Notes: a model not told the origin generated them from the sequence alone. Numbered from the stretch's first letter, positions 39,948 to 51,133 are shown. The stretch: 64,000 nucleotides of DNA from Bdellovibrionales bacterium (GCA_965262715.1 OZ253553.1:1984001-2048000); one strand, 5' to 3'. Made by a program: numbers and translations.

Positions 39948-40832
39948 TTATTGTTTGAGTTTTATGAGGTCTTCATTTAATTTTTGAAGCTGTGTATCTT
40001 CCGGTGGAAGAAGTGGACTTCTCATTTGGAGTGTTGAAATCATTTTTGATAAATAAAGAGCAGCTTTCATAGGTATAGGATTAGTATCAAAGTTTAATAT
40101 ATCAATATACCTTTTAATATCTTGAAACTTAGATCGGCCTTCATCAACATCTCCTTTCATATAAGCATTATAAACACTCACAGTCTGAGCAGGAAGTAGA
40201 TTAGAAATAACAGAAATAATTCCATCTCCCTTTATCTCCATAAAAGCATCAAATGTATTGTCATCTCCACTAAGCATTCTAAAGTCTTCATCTGATGAAA
40301 AGACTCTCATTAATTCTTTATCAAATTGAATATCTCCTGAGGCTTCTTTAACACCTATTATGTTTTTGCATTTTGAAAGACTCACAATAGTTTCTAAACT
40401 TAATGAAGTGATGGTTCTAGATGGAACATTGTAGAGTAAAATAGGAATATCTACAGATTTATCGATCCTTTGAAAGTGATGTAAAAGCCCTCTTTGTGGA
40501 GGTTTATTATAATAGGGTACAACACATAAAAGGGCATCCGCACCCCACTTCATAGCTTCTTGCGCTTTCTCAATAGTATCAACAGTGCTGTTAGAACCGA
40601 CACCTACAACCAACGGAACTTGACCAGAAACTTCTGATTGAACCACATCAAAAATTTGCTTTTTTTCTTTCCGAGTTAAAGTAGGGCTTTCTGCAGTTGT
40701 TCCTAAAACAATCAGGCCATGTATCCCTTCAGTTAATTGATGTTTTACAAGTTTTTGAAGAGATAATATATCTATTTGATTATCTTTAAATGGTGTGGCT
40801 AAAGCTGTTAAAACGCCTCTGAATGTGTGCAT
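39948..40832 (-). CDS. dapA: 4-hydroxy-tetrahydrodipicolinate synthase
   Basis: TALATPF, GTTAESPTL, PYYNKP, LYNVPSRT, GVKEASG, LSGDD, NPIPMK. Confidence 0.96.
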   Translation of the reverse strand: MHTFRGVLTALATPFKDNQIDILSLQKLVKHQLTEGIHGLIVLGTTAESPTLTRKEKKQIFDVVQSEVSGQVPLVVGVGSNSTVDTIEKAQEAMKWGADALLCVVPYYNKPPQRGLLHHFQRIDKSVDIPILLYNVPSRTITSLSLETIVSLSKCKNIIGVKEASGDIQFDKELMRVFSSDEDFRMLSGDDNTFDAFMEIKGDGIISVISNLLPAQTVSVYNAYMKGDVDEGRSKFQDIKRYIDILNFDTNPIPMKAALYLSKMISTLQMRSPLLPPEDTQLQKLNEDLIKLKQ

Positions 40833-40899
40833 AAATAACTCCTTTTTTAATACTCTCTATAAACAGTTTTAAAAGCTAAAAAGTCAAGAAATGAAATGA

Positions 40900-41057
40900 T
40901 TTTCTTAACATGATGTTAAGTAACGAGAACATCCTGCTACTAAAAATGAACATTTGAGATAGTCAGCTACTTATTGAAGGCGTGAGCCCTCAGGCTTATT
41001 ACCCGAAAATAGCCAGAGGCTCGCCTCGAGAGGCTTGCCTTGAGAGGCTTGCTTCGA
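40900..41057 (+). repeat. Hairpin element unit with an expanded 14-bp tandem repeat and truncated right arm
   Basis: tttcttaacatgatgttaag...actaaaaatgaac...tgaaggc-gtga-gccctca...ccagaggctcgcctcgagaggcttgccttgagaggcttgcttcga. Confidence 0.82.
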
Positions 41058-41161
41058 TATTTGATAAATATTTTTTTACTCTTTTTAAATTTACTCAGTC
41101 TAAAAGAGCTAATATTTTAGATTTTATGGAAAATTGATGAGCTATTCGAATTGCTTCACAA

Positions 41162-41830
41162 TTATAGGGTTGCTCCAGCTGCGCGTAAAGATTTTGCTAC
41201 TTCAGTATGGTCTTTGTCTTCTGCCCACTTTAAAGCCGTCCTGCCACGATCATCTCTTTTATTTACATCTGCTCCCCTACCAATTAAGATCTTTACAACT
41301 TCAAGATGATCATGTTGAACACCAATTATTAAAGCTGTAGTGCCACTAATGAAAGTATTCACTTTTGCTCCGGCCTCCAGCAAAGTTTCTACAACTTCAA
41401 AATGGCCATATCTAACACCAAACCTTAAAGCTGTGTAATTATATTCATTTACATCATCCACATTGGCCCCTGCTTCAAGAAACGTATTTACAATATAAAT
41501 ATCTTCACACGCAGTACCCCGCATTAAAGCTGTATTACCATATTTATTTGCTGCATTCACATCCGCACCTGCTATAAGCAACGCATTTATTACATCCAGC
41601 CGACAGAGAATGGTTGCCTGTATCAAAGGTGTTTCACCATATTGATTTGCTGCATCCACATTTGCTCCATTTTCTACAGCTATTTCTACACATTCAACTG
41701 TTTCACAAGAAAAAAGAGCTTGGGTAGCTTCGGGAGCTTCGGTAGCTTCGGTAGCTTGGGTAAATTTTGTAAACCCTGTTAAATAAAAAGATAAAAGGCA
41801 AATGATTATATTTAAAAGTTTAAATTTCAT
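41162..41830 (-). CDS. Exported ankyrin-repeat protein (distinct from the array family)
   Basis: Signal peptide; TQATEATEAPEATQA linker from 9-bp repeats; canonical GETPLI.A...LL.AGADVN repeats. Confidence 0.92.
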   Translation of the reverse strand: MKFKLLNIIICLLSFYLTGFTKFTQATEATEAPEATQALFSCETVECVEIAVENGANVDAANQYGETPLIQATILCRLDVINALLIAGADVNAANKYGNTALMRGTACEDIYIVNTFLEAGANVDDVNEYNYTALRFGVRYGHFEVVETLLEAGAKVNTFISGTTALIIGVQHDHLEVVKILIGRGADVNKRDDRGRTALKWAEDKDHTEVAKSLRAAGATL

Positions 41831-41963
41831 AACAATCCTATTTTGTTAAAAGTTTTTACGGAACATCAAAATTAGAACATGCAATAAATAAGCCAAACTA
41901 AAAAGCAATACATAGGGTACAGCCCCAATAAAAGTGACCTTTTTAGGCTTTCTAGTGACAATA

Positions 41964-42190
41964 CGTGTTACCCCAGAATAAATTGTTACCGAGCGATTGA
42001 GTATAAGAGTTAAGTTATTCCTTTGTTTTCCTTTGTTTATTATATAAGTTGAGTAATCTAAAGAATTCATCTAACTTTTTTTCTCTTTCTTTAACCAGTT
42101 CAAATGGGTTGAGTTTTCTTCTTTGCTTTATAAGAGCTTCCTTTTGCTTTTCGGATATATGAGAGGATGTCATTAATCTTTCATAAGAGA
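41964..42190 (-). mobile_element. IS remnant: C-terminus of a DDE integrase/transposase plus a terminal repeat
   Basis: The minus strand translates SYERLMTSSHISEKQKEALIKQRRKLNPFELVKEREKKL...*, followed by cggtaacaatttattctggggtaacacg; a related 19-mer lies at 45245-45263. Confidence 0.55.
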
Positions 42191-42261
42191 CGAATTAGCT
42201 TGGATTTGATTCATCAAGGATTGGATGTACAGCTTGTTTTGATGTTTATGGCAAAGCCAAG

Positions 42262-42320
42262 TAGCTCTCGAAAGGCTTATCTCGAGAGGTTTGCCTCGAG
42301 AAGTTGGTCTATCTTGAGGG
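42262..42320 (+). repeat. Degenerate hairpin-element right-arm remnant (three 14-bp units)
   Basis: ctcgaaaggcttatctcgagaggtttgcctcgagaagttggtctatcttgagg. Confidence 0.55.
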
Positions 42321-42337
42321 ATACAACATTTCCCTCC

Positions 42338-44068
42338 TCACAAAAAGAAATCTGTGATGACCCTAATACATTCTTTGATATAAAGAGATGATAGTCCACT
42401 GGCATACGGCAAATGAACTTCATATTCCATGGGCACTGATCGAATATAACCTCTTAGGTTTTCTGTCACCTCTACTCGTCTTAAGTCCTCTAATATCTCT
42501 AGAGTGTCAGCCTCTATATTTTGTACTTGTTGAAAGTTTGTATCTCTAGAGTTCTGGACAAAAACAGGTACTAAAGAAGACAATAAAGAGAGATTCCGAT
42601 TTAAAATATCTATTTGAAGTGTATCATTAAATAAAAAAGGAGGTTGTGTTAGAGAACTTGTCACCTCTGATGCAACAATTTGTGGAATGTTTTGATAGAA
42701 GTTCTCAAGGTCTTGAGTGTCTAATATACCTTCTCTTAAAACAAGATTAGTTATATCTTCTAATGTTCCAAAGTTTCTAATTAAGACATTTCTTGCTAGT
42801 AACCTTGCTTCTCTCATCCATTCATTTGCCTCCTCCATTAAGGAAGCTCTATAAACTTCCGGTAAATCATCTTTCCACTTGCTCCATTCTCGAGATGAAA
42901 AATAAAATATTTCAGTTATTATGTTTGGACAATATATTCCTATGATATCTCTTTGCCATCGACCTAACCCCAAGCAAATTCCTATATAAGCAGTCATTAA
43001 AATGCTGTCTCTTTCAGCCTCAGTTCGTATATATTCATAATAATTATTGTTACTGATAATTATCTCTTCAGCAACTTCACCTGCCAACAAAACCGCCATT
43101 TTATTGATTTGAATAGCTTTAGAGAAATAATAAGGAGTATATTCAACATTTGCTACACCTTTATAAGCTATCCATATTCCATCATGCAACTCTATTGAAG
43201 GGACTATAGAAAGGGAAGCTCTCATACTCATATCATCTACAAGTGCTCTTCTGACAAGCTCATGAGCAGGTTCATGAAAAGAAGTTATAACAAAACCTAT
43301 AATAGAACTAGCCGTATATACTAATTGAGGCTTAGTTTCTTCTACAATCCAATCAAGTTCTTTTATGTATCTTCCTTCTTCATCCTCTACAATAACTCCT
43401 ATATTGACTCTCTCTATATCTCTATAATTATCAACGAAAGTATTTGTTGGACTCAGATCTTTTAAATAAAGCGTAAGAGTATGATCTGGAGGAATATTCT
43501 CTCTTCTTAATAAATCCTCTAATGATCTTAAAAGGTTATGATGAATTTGATAAGATAAAACAGGTGGAGCGCCTAATATCCGCATATTAGATCCAAGTGT
43601 AAAATCAAAACTGCGACCTCCTCCTGTCCTTACTCCTAGATTTATCTCCCTGATTGCAGTGATATCTTCAGAAGTGCCTTTGATATTCTTGAGATACATC
43701 CAAATACTTGTATCTGCAATATTATTCCCTTCCAAAAAATCATTCAAAAATGGGTCAAAACGAACAGCTGAATTATCAATAGCAATGCTGTTTATAAACT
43801 GATCTCCATATCGCAGAAATTCACCTGTCCGTATCTCTAAGGCATGTACAATATTACCGTATTCAGTTTCATTAAGAAACTGTATTCTATAACCTCTTTG
43901 ACCTATACTTCTTGCTAAATCATAAAGATGAAATTTTGTGACTTCTTTAACAATGTGATAAGAAAAAGGGGAAGTTAAATAAATATGATTAACTTTTGCA
44001 TATACGTTATAATTTGCAAAAAGACCCATCATTAGAATAAAAAGTATGAGCTTTGTTTTTAGAATCAT
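42338..44068 (-). CDS. Predicted exported protein with an FtsH-like peptidase M41 domain
   Basis: Signal peptide (VYA-K); SFHEPAHELV (HExxH), MAVLLAGEVAEEII, and a helix LEDITNLVLREGILDTQDL resembling the FtsH C-terminus; no Walker A seen. Confidence 0.65.
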   Translation of the reverse strand: MILKTKLILFILMMGLFANYNVYAKVNHIYLTSPFSYHIVKEVTKFHLYDLARSIGQRGYRIQFLNETEYGNIVHALEIRTGEFLRYGDQFINSIAIDNSAVRFDPFLNDFLEGNNIADTSIWMYLKNIKGTSEDITAIREINLGVRTGGGRSFDFTLGSNMRILGAPPVLSYQIHHNLLRSLEDLLRRENIPPDHTLTLYLKDLSPTNTFVDNYRDIERVNIGVIVEDEEGRYIKELDWIVEETKPQLVYTASSIIGFVITSFHEPAHELVRRALVDDMSMRASLSIVPSIELHDGIWIAYKGVANVEYTPYYFSKAIQINKMAVLLAGEVAEEIIISNNNYYEYIRTEAERDSILMTAYIGICLGLGRWQRDIIGIYCPNIITEIFYFSSREWSKWKDDLPEVYRASLMEEANEWMREARLLARNVLIRNFGTLEDITNLVLREGILDTQDLENFYQNIPQIVASEVTSSLTQPPFLFNDTLQIDILNRNLSLLSSLVPVFVQNSRDTNFQQVQNIEADTLEILEDLRRVEVTENLRGYIRSVPMEYEVHLPYASGLSSLYIKECIRVITDFFL

Positions 44069-44227
44069 AGTCTTGCAAGTTTTGTCCAATCAAGATGAAT
44101 AATTAATCTTTATAATTGATGGTAACATCTTTATCTGATAAAACAAGGTCAGTCTTTTTAATATTATACAACGCATAAGAAACATTTATTTTTTAATAGG
44201 TTACTTCATTTAGAAAAAAGTTAAGAA

Positions 44228-45205
44228 ATGGGATATACTGTAGAAAGTTTATTAGAAGAATTTACAAATTCTGATTTTCAAGGGACTATTCCTTATAGTC
44301 TTCAACATGATTATCAAAATAGTTCATGTCACCTATTGACTATTTGTGCGACACATGGTGATGAAGTAGGGTCTTTACCTTCTGCTTTAAGGACTTTTAA
44401 ATTATTTACAGAAGGAAAAACTGGCTTTAAAGGTAAATGGACTTTGATCTGGGGAAATCCAGAGGCCAGCAAACTCCGTCAAAGGTTTGTTGAGCAAGAT
44501 CTAAACCGTGTTTATGGTCAATTAAATAGCAAGTCCTTAGAATGCCAAAGAGCAAAACAAATAGCTCCTTTTATAAAAGAGGCAACTGTCTTTGTTGATT
44601 TTCATCAAACAATTATGCCCACCTTAATACCTTTTTATTGTTCTAATATGTATAAAAGTTCTTATGATCTAGCAAGGGCATTAGGAGGGCCTAATGTTTT
44701 ATTTTCAACAAAAGCTCCTTCTAATAATAATTCTAAAGACCATCAAAAGATAAAAACTCAAAATGGCTTTGCTACTTTTCACAATATTCCATCTGTAACA
44801 GTAGAAATTGGGGTAAAAGGCTTTAACAAATCATCAGAAGTTTTAGCAGATCATCTCTTAAACAGATTACTAGAAGTAGCTGTTCTTTGTTCTTCTGATA
44901 AATCTACTACTGACATTTTATCTAAGGAAGCTCTTAAATATCCATCTCTTTCTATCTTTGAATGTTGTTACAAAGAGCCTTTTACAAACCCAGAAATGAC
45001 GCTACTTACAGGCTGGAAAAACTTTTCCCCTGTCAGCAAAGGAGAAATTATAGGACATAAAGATAGCCGGCAAAAAGAACCACTTATAGCTCCATGTAAA
45101 GGAGTTATTATTTTTCCAAAATATCCTAAACGTAATGAAAAAGGTGAAGTCGAAGGACCACTTCCTGATTACATTTATCTCTTAGCAGACGTAACATCCC
45201 ATTAA
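44228..45205 (+). CDS. Succinylglutamate desuccinylase/aspartoacylase family (M14-like) hydrolase
   Basis: THGDE, GNPEA, RFVEQDLNR, VDFHQT, TVEIG. Confidence 0.85.
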   Translation: MGYTVESLLEEFTNSDFQGTIPYSLQHDYQNSSCHLLTICATHGDEVGSLPSALRTFKLFTEGKTGFKGKWTLIWGNPEASKLRQRFVEQDLNRVYGQLNSKSLECQRAKQIAPFIKEATVFVDFHQTIMPTLIPFYCSNMYKSSYDLARALGGPNVLFSTKAPSNNNSKDHQKIKTQNGFATFHNIPSVTVEIGVKGFNKSSEVLADHLLNRLLEVAVLCSSDKSTTDILSKEALKYPSLSIFECCYKEPFTNPEMTLLTGWKNFSPVSKGEIIGHKDSRQKEPLIAPCKGVIIFPKYPKRNEKGEVEGPLPDYIYLLADVTSH

Positions 45206-45343
45206 ATTCAAGTGATTCACTCCGGACGCACGTGCGTGTGTTCGCGTGTTACCTCAGAATAAACTTGCTTTGATTTTGACATTAAAATATGATATATTAC
45301 AACACTTATTATATTACAGATATTATAGAGTCAAGAATCTTGA

Positions 45344-46243
45344 TTGAGGTCCATTTTGGCATTAATAAAAAATAATTATAACAATCATTTAGATATATTG
45401 TTTCAAAAAAATTTAGATCAACGGCTTCAAAATATTAAAGAATATTTACAATGTGAGGTATTTAGTATTTACGGCCCTATTTTTCCATGGCTTGATATAA
45501 AATTAAAGGATGTTATTGAAGATTTAACCACTAAAAACAATAAAAAGCATAATAAGTGTGTTATACTATTAGACACGCATGGTGGTAGTGTAGAATGTGT
45601 TGAAAAAATGGTTAATATTATTAGAAAACATTATAATGATGTGAGCTTCATAGTTCCATATCAAGCACTATCTGCCGGAACAATTTTGACAATGTCTGGT
45701 GACTCTATATATATGAGTTATCACTCTGTATTAGGTCCTATTGATCCTCAAGTTTATAAAAATAAAGAATTTATACCCGCTCTTTCATATCTTTATCAAT
45801 TTGAAGATCTTATTGAAAAATCTAAACAGAGAAACTTAACAACAGCTGAAATTGTTTTATTAGAAAAACTTGACCTTGGAGAACTATATACTTTCAAAGA
45901 AGCTAGAGACTTGTCCATAGAGCTTTTACAAAAATGGCTGTCTAATTACAAATTTAAAGATTGGCATGAAACTGAAAGTTTAAAGAAGAAAGTTACATAG
46001 CAAATGAAAATAAAAAGAGCTAGAGAAATTGCAGAGAACTTAAGTGATAATAAAAGATGGCACTCCCATTCTAGAGGCATCAACAGGGAAACATTACAAG
46101 ATGAATTAAACTTAAAGATTGATGACCTAGATGCCGATAATAAGCTAAGTTATTTAGTTTATTCTTATTCTGATTTGTTAATTGATGCATTAATTAAAGA
46201 AGCGGTAAAATTTTATATCCATTTTTACATTAAACAGGAATAA
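45344..46243 (+). pseudogene. SDH_sah / ClpP-like serine protease interrupted by an in-frame TAG at 45998-46000
   Basis: LDTHGGS, VPYQALSAGTILTMSGD, LGPIDPQ; reads ...KKVT*QMKIKRAREIAENLSDNKRWHSHSRGI in a single frame. Confidence 0.8.
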
Positions 46244-46255
46244 AGGAAGCAAGCT

Positions 46256-46492
46256 ATGAATGATGTTGTTTTTAAAAATAAGAATTTAAATATTCTTTCA
46301 GAAAACGAAGTTTATATCTCTGAGCAACAAAGAAAGCAATTAGATGCGTTTTATGAAATTCAAAAAAAACTAGGTTTGAAGAAAGAAAAAGGAGCAAGAT
46401 ATACTTTAAAGCACCCATTTGATAGAACAATACAAAGTGATTTTGAAAAAATAGCTATTCATAAGCCTCATCTTTATCTCAATCGTTCTTAA
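46256..46492 (+). CDS. Small hypothetical protein co-oriented with the SDH_sah gene
   Basis: 78-aa ORF starting 12 bp after the upstream stop, with an AAGGA RBS. Confidence 0.6.
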   Translation: MNDVVFKNKNLNILSENEVYISEQQRKQLDAFYEIQKKLGLKKEKGARYTLKHPFDRTIQSDFEKIAIHKPHLYLNRS

Positions 46493-46552
46493 GTAATCTC
46501 AGTTGTACATATCTCATAGAAACATCTGGAAATAACTAAAGGGGAAATATTT

Positions 46553-49480
46553 TTAAGAGATGGGCATTGGGCAAGTACAGAAGAAGTTTTTATCTCCATA
46601 AGAACTATCAACCCTGCCCACAGCAGGCCAAAATTTATTTTCTTTAAGATAAGGTAAGGGAAAAGCTGCTACCTCACGGTTATAGGAATGAGACCAATGG
46701 TCTGATGTCACCTCTAATGCTGTATGAGGTGCTTGTTTTAAAGGGTTATCTTCTCTATCAAAATCTCCTGATTCAATTTGCAAAAATTCTTTATAAATAG
46801 CAATCATAGCCTCACAAAAACGGTCCATCTCTTTTTTAGATTCACTCTCTGTGGGTTCTAACATCAATGTCTCCATAACAGGCCAAGACATTGTGGGAGC
46901 ATGAAACCCATAATCTATTAACCGTTTTGCTACATCTTCTACATGAATGCCTGCTCTTTTTTTCCAATCCCTTAAATCTAAAATACATTCATGGGCCACA
47001 TAACCTTTATGACCTTTATAAAGTATATTGTAATATTTTTGCAGTCGCTTTGCCATGTAGTTGGCATTAAGAATAGCTATCTCCGAAGTTGCTTTTAAAC
47101 CCTTTGCGCCTAACATTTGGATATACATCCATGACACAGGTAAAACAGAAGCACTGCCATAAGGAGCTTGTGAAATAGCTCCTATAGAAAGACTTTGATC
47201 TTCTGGTATTTGCGCTTGTGATTCTTGATGTGACGTTTTTTCATAAATATGCTTTGGCAAAAAAGGCTTGAGATGCTCTTTAGCAATCACAGGGCCAACA
47301 CCTGGCCCCCCACCTCCATGTGGAATAGCAAATGTCTTATGTAAATTCAGATGACAAATATCAGGTCCATAATCTCCAGGAAAACACAGTCCCATTTGCG
47401 CATTCATATTCGCACCATCAAGGTAAACCTGTCCTCCTACACGATGTACTTCTTCACAAATCTCTTTAATTGATAACTCAAAAACTCCATGTGTCGAAGG
47501 ATACGTAATCATGATAGCAGCTATGTTAGCTTGATATGTCTGGACTTTCTCTTTAAGGTCTTCAAGATCAATATTACCATCCTTATCACATTTCACAACA
47601 ACCACCTTCAGACCAGCCATAATAGCACTGGCTGGATTGGTTCCATGAGCTGATTGAGGAATAAGACAAATATCGCGATGTTCTTCTCCTCTAGAAGAAT
47701 GATACTTTTTTATCATTAACAACCCTGTATACTCACCTTGAGACCCAGCATTGGGCTGTATAGATGTGGCACTTAACCCTACACACTCTGCCAACCAATT
47801 TTCCAAATCCAAAATCATTTTAAGATAGCCGCTTGTTTGCTCTCGAGGTGCAAAAGGATGGATATTAGAAACAAAAGGCCATGTTACAGGTATCATCTCT
47901 GTTGTTGCATTCAGCTTCATGGTACATGAACCCAGTGGAATCATAGAATGAGCTAAAGACAAATCACGAGATTGCAATTTGAAAATATAACGGAGCATCT
48001 CTGTTTCTGAATGATAAGAATTAAATACAGGATGAGTTAAAAAATCTGATGTTCTCACCAGTTCTTTTGGAATACCTATATTCTGATCAATCTTTTTTTC
48101 TTGAATATCTTGATGAGCAACATCACTGCTGCACTCAGTAAATCTTTGAAAAAGAGAGATAAGTTTTTCTACATCTTTTTGTGTTGTTGTTTCATCTAAA
48201 GATATCTGTACCTCTTCAGAGTTGATATATCTTAAATTTATTTGCTCTTTGTAGCCTCGTTTTAAAACTTCATCTGCATTAGCTACTTTGACTTTTAAAG
48301 TATCAAAGAATCGATGACTTACAGAAAGATCCATCCTTTTTAAACCTTTTTGCAAATATTTAGTCATGTCTAAGATGTTTTGTGCTATATTCTTTAGCCC
48401 CTTGGGACCATGATAACAAGCATACATACTGGCCATAATGGCTAAAAGCACTTGTGAAGTGCAAATATTGCTTGTGGCTCTTTCTCTGCGTATATGCTGC
48501 TCCCTCGTTTGAAGAGTTAATCGGTAAGCTGTCCGTCCAGTCTTATCTTTAGATATGCCCACTATACGCCCAGGAATATGCCTTTTATATTCTTCGCGAG
48601 ATGCAAAAAAGGCAGCATGAGGTCCTCCAAAACCCATAGGGACACCAAATCTCTGAGTGTTCCCTACCACTACATCCACACCCATTTCACCTGGAGGTTT
48701 TAATAGAGTTAAAGATAAAAGATCTGCAATAACAATACTCTTACACCCTTGTGCCTGAGCTTTTTCGATTAAATTTGTGTGATCAGTTATACCTCCATAA
48801 GTATCTGAATATTGCAAAAGCAAGCCAAAATAATCAGAAAAATCTTCAATATGATTTATATCTTCTAAAGAGATTTGAAAACCAAGTGGTGCTGCTCTTG
48901 TTGCACAAACCTCAATAGAGGCCGGATGACAATCTTTAGAAATTAAAAACTTTTTTCGAAAGACATGAGTTTTTTTATAAGCCTGACCTTGCAAATGAAA
49001 CACCATATTCATAGCCTCAGCAGCAGCCGTGGCCTCATCTAAAAGAGAGGCATTGGCTAAAGGCATCGCTGTTAGATCACAAATCATCGTTTGAAAGTTC
49101 AATAGTGCTTCCAGGCGACCTTGAGCGATCTCTGCCTGATAAGGTGTGTATTGAGTGTACCAACCAGGATTTTCTAAAACATTTCGCTTAATCACAGAAG
49201 GAGTAAGGGTTGGATGATAACCCATGCCTATATAAGATTTGTAAACTTGATTTTGTGATAATATATCAGACAGGCTCTTCAGTGCTTCTTCTTCTGTAAG
49301 AGCAGGTGGCAAATTCATTTTCCGATCAGTCAGTATACTTTGAGGTATCGTATTTTCTATCAACTCAGATAAAGACTTCACCCCTATTATTTTGAGCATT
49401 GAAGAAATATCTTTATCCATAATTCCAATATGTCTATCTCGAAACTCTCTATTTTCAGATAACCCCTCTGATTTTTTCAT
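46553..49480 (-). CDS. gcvP: Glycine dehydrogenase (decarboxylating), P protein
   Basis: [59 protein letters not shown]. Confidence 0.98.
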   Translation of the reverse strand: MKKSEGLSENREFRDRHIGIMDKDISSMLKIIGVKSLSELIENTIPQSILTDRKMNLPPALTEEEALKSLSDILSQNQVYKSYIGMGYHPTLTPSVIKRNVLENPGWYTQYTPYQAEIAQGRLEALLNFQTMICDLTAMPLANASLLDEATAAAEAMNMVFHLQGQAYKKTHVFRKKFLISKDCHPASIEVCATRAAPLGFQISLEDINHIEDFSDYFGLLLQYSDTYGGITDHTNLIEKAQAQGCKSIVIADLLSLTLLKPPGEMGVDVVVGNTQRFGVPMGFGGPHAAFFASREEYKRHIPGRIVGISKDKTGRTAYRLTLQTREQHIRRERATSNICTSQVLLAIMASMYACYHGPKGLKNIAQNILDMTKYLQKGLKRMDLSVSHRFFDTLKVKVANADEVLKRGYKEQINLRYINSEEVQISLDETTTQKDVEKLISLFQRFTECSSDVAHQDIQEKKIDQNIGIPKELVRTSDFLTHPVFNSYHSETEMLRYIFKLQSRDLSLAHSMIPLGSCTMKLNATTEMIPVTWPFVSNIHPFAPREQTSGYLKMILDLENWLAECVGLSATSIQPNAGSQGEYTGLLMIKKYHSSRGEEHRDICLIPQSAHGTNPASAIMAGLKVVVVKCDKDGNIDLEDLKEKVQTYQANIAAIMITYPSTHGVFELSIKEICEEVHRVGGQVYLDGANMNAQMGLCFPGDYGPDICHLNLHKTFAIPHGGGGPGVGPVIAKEHLKPFLPKHIYEKTSHQESQAQIPEDQSLSIGAISQAPYGSASVLPVSWMYIQMLGAKGLKATSEIAILNANYMAKRLQKYYNILYKGHKGYVAHECILDLRDWKKRAGIHVEDVAKRLIDYGFHAPTMSWPVMETLMLEPTESESKKEMDRFCEAMIAIYKEFLQIESGDFDREDNPLKQAPHTALEVTSDHWSHSYNREVAAFPLPYLKENKFWPAVGRVDSSYGDKNFFCTCPMPIS

Positions 49481-49613
49481 ATTGCAACTCTCCATGCATT
49501 TTGGACACTTCTTTGAAAATCCTATTAGTAATAAGAATAAGATGGGTTGTCAATAAGTGATTTATTAATGATAGAGCATAGATAACATACATAAAATAAC
49601 TGATTACAATCTA

Positions 49614-50903
49614 CTACTCTGGTTGATAATGATCCATAAACATTCTTAAATAAAAAAATATTGAATGAAAATAAGATTTATTTTGTATGGGAAGATTATA
49701 AGAAACAGATAGACTTGTTAATGCCATAAGACAAATACTATCATTCATTTGTTTAGTTTGTGTCAAAACATTTAAAGCTTGCTTTAACTCACTTGTAATA
49801 TTATCGTAAGCAGACGAGCCATAATGGTCAAAAAGAGATAAATCATAAAAAAGCTGTATTAACATTGTTCTTCCCATGCGATCTTCTAAAACCTCTGCTA
49901 GCTGCTTAAGTTCAGAAGCTATAATATTGTAAAAAAACATAAAATTTCCTGAAGCTATTTGATGAACACCTTCTCTTCCAATATAATCTTCTAAAAAGCG
50001 CATTACTTCTTTTAAATCAAAGAAATAAACAGCAAGCTTTCCATCACTGAGCTTAGCAAGATTTTTTGTCATAACATTTATGATAGTTTCTTTTTCTAAT
50101 CCAGCATCTTCTAAATACCTTGTTATTTCTTTCAATTCTTCTAAACTTATTTCATCAAGTTGTCCAGTTCCTAAAAGCCCCAAAATATTTGTTCTTGGAA
50201 ATCCATATTCTAATAAAAAACTTATTTTTTCTCTGAAACCAGTAAAAGCAATATTCAAACTTGATAGATTACTTTTCATAAGTTCTATAATATCTGTTTT
50301 TGTAAATCCTTGCTCTTCTAAATATTTTAATACTTGTTCTAATTTATCAACACTCACAAAATCTAGGTCATTGTTGATTATAATTTCGATAGCAGTATTT
50401 TCATCTCCAACATAATCCTCTATAAAAAGTATGATGTGTTCTATATTTTCTACACCCTCTTCAAGTACTCGTACTTCAGGATTTGGCATCATATCATTTC
50501 CAGATTCTAACCTTCTTAAGATTTTTATTGATAATCCTTCTTTTCCAATATGTTCAACAAAAATATCCACCATTCTTGTAAAATCAGTATAGCTTACCTC
50601 TTGAAAATCAAGAATATGAAACCCATTTTTAATACTCTTTATAGTTTCTTCCGGCCCGATATTTTCTAATAGAAATCTTAAAAAGTTTCTAGCCTCTTCC
50701 ACAGTCCAACCTTCAGTCCTTTTTATAATATCACTTTGTAGATAAGGAGTTATTATTTCTTCGGCTTTCTCTTGCTTGTCTTCTAAATAATCTCTTGCAA
50801 ATTCAATAAAAACATATCCTGATGTTTCTTCAATTTGAGAAAAAACAGTAACGTGGGAGAATAAAATAAATGTGAAAAAAATATAAGATAAAAACCTCAA
50901 CAT
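49614..50903 (-). CDS. Predicted exported helical-repeat protein, mTERF-like
   Basis: Signal peptide (VFS-Q); ~33-37 aa repeats such as LEQVLKYLEEQGFTKTDIIELMKSN, FREKISFLLEYGFPRTNILGLL and LKEITRYLEDAGLEKETIINVMTKN. Confidence 0.6.
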   Translation of the reverse strand: MLRFLSYIFFTFILFSHVTVFSQIEETSGYVFIEFARDYLEDKQEKAEEIITPYLQSDIIKRTEGWTVEEARNFLRFLLENIGPEETIKSIKNGFHILDFQEVSYTDFTRMVDIFVEHIGKEGLSIKILRRLESGNDMMPNPEVRVLEEGVENIEHIILFIEDYVGDENTAIEIIINNDLDFVSVDKLEQVLKYLEEQGFTKTDIIELMKSNLSSLNIAFTGFREKISFLLEYGFPRTNILGLLGTGQLDEISLEELKEITRYLEDAGLEKETIINVMTKNLAKLSDGKLAVYFFDLKEVMRFLEDYIGREGVHQIASGNFMFFYNIIASELKQLAEVLEDRMGRTMLIQLFYDLSLFDHYGSSAYDNITSELKQALNVLTQTKQMNDSICLMALTSLSVSYNLPIQNKSYFHSIFFYLRMFMDHYQPE

Positions 50904-51133
50904 AAACTCTCTCTCTATTACAAAGGAAGGACAATTTACCATAAAAGTATTGACTTTACAAGATCATACAGAAAAAAATATTGAACTTTTTGGGTATAAT
51001 GAATACTTTATATGATTTTTTGTCCAGTAAAGTGAATTTAGGAAAAGATGAGCTATTATTTGAATATTTCATTTGGAAATGCTAATAAGTGAAAAAGGCT
51101 ATCAATGATAAATAACAAAAGGAGTGAGTAGTT

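Noticed and set aside
45998..46000. Pyrrolysine or recoded TAG
   Set aside because: TAG serves as a normal stop elsewhere (e.g. nadV and the SIR2 gene) and there are no pyl genes in the window; a point mutation is simpler.
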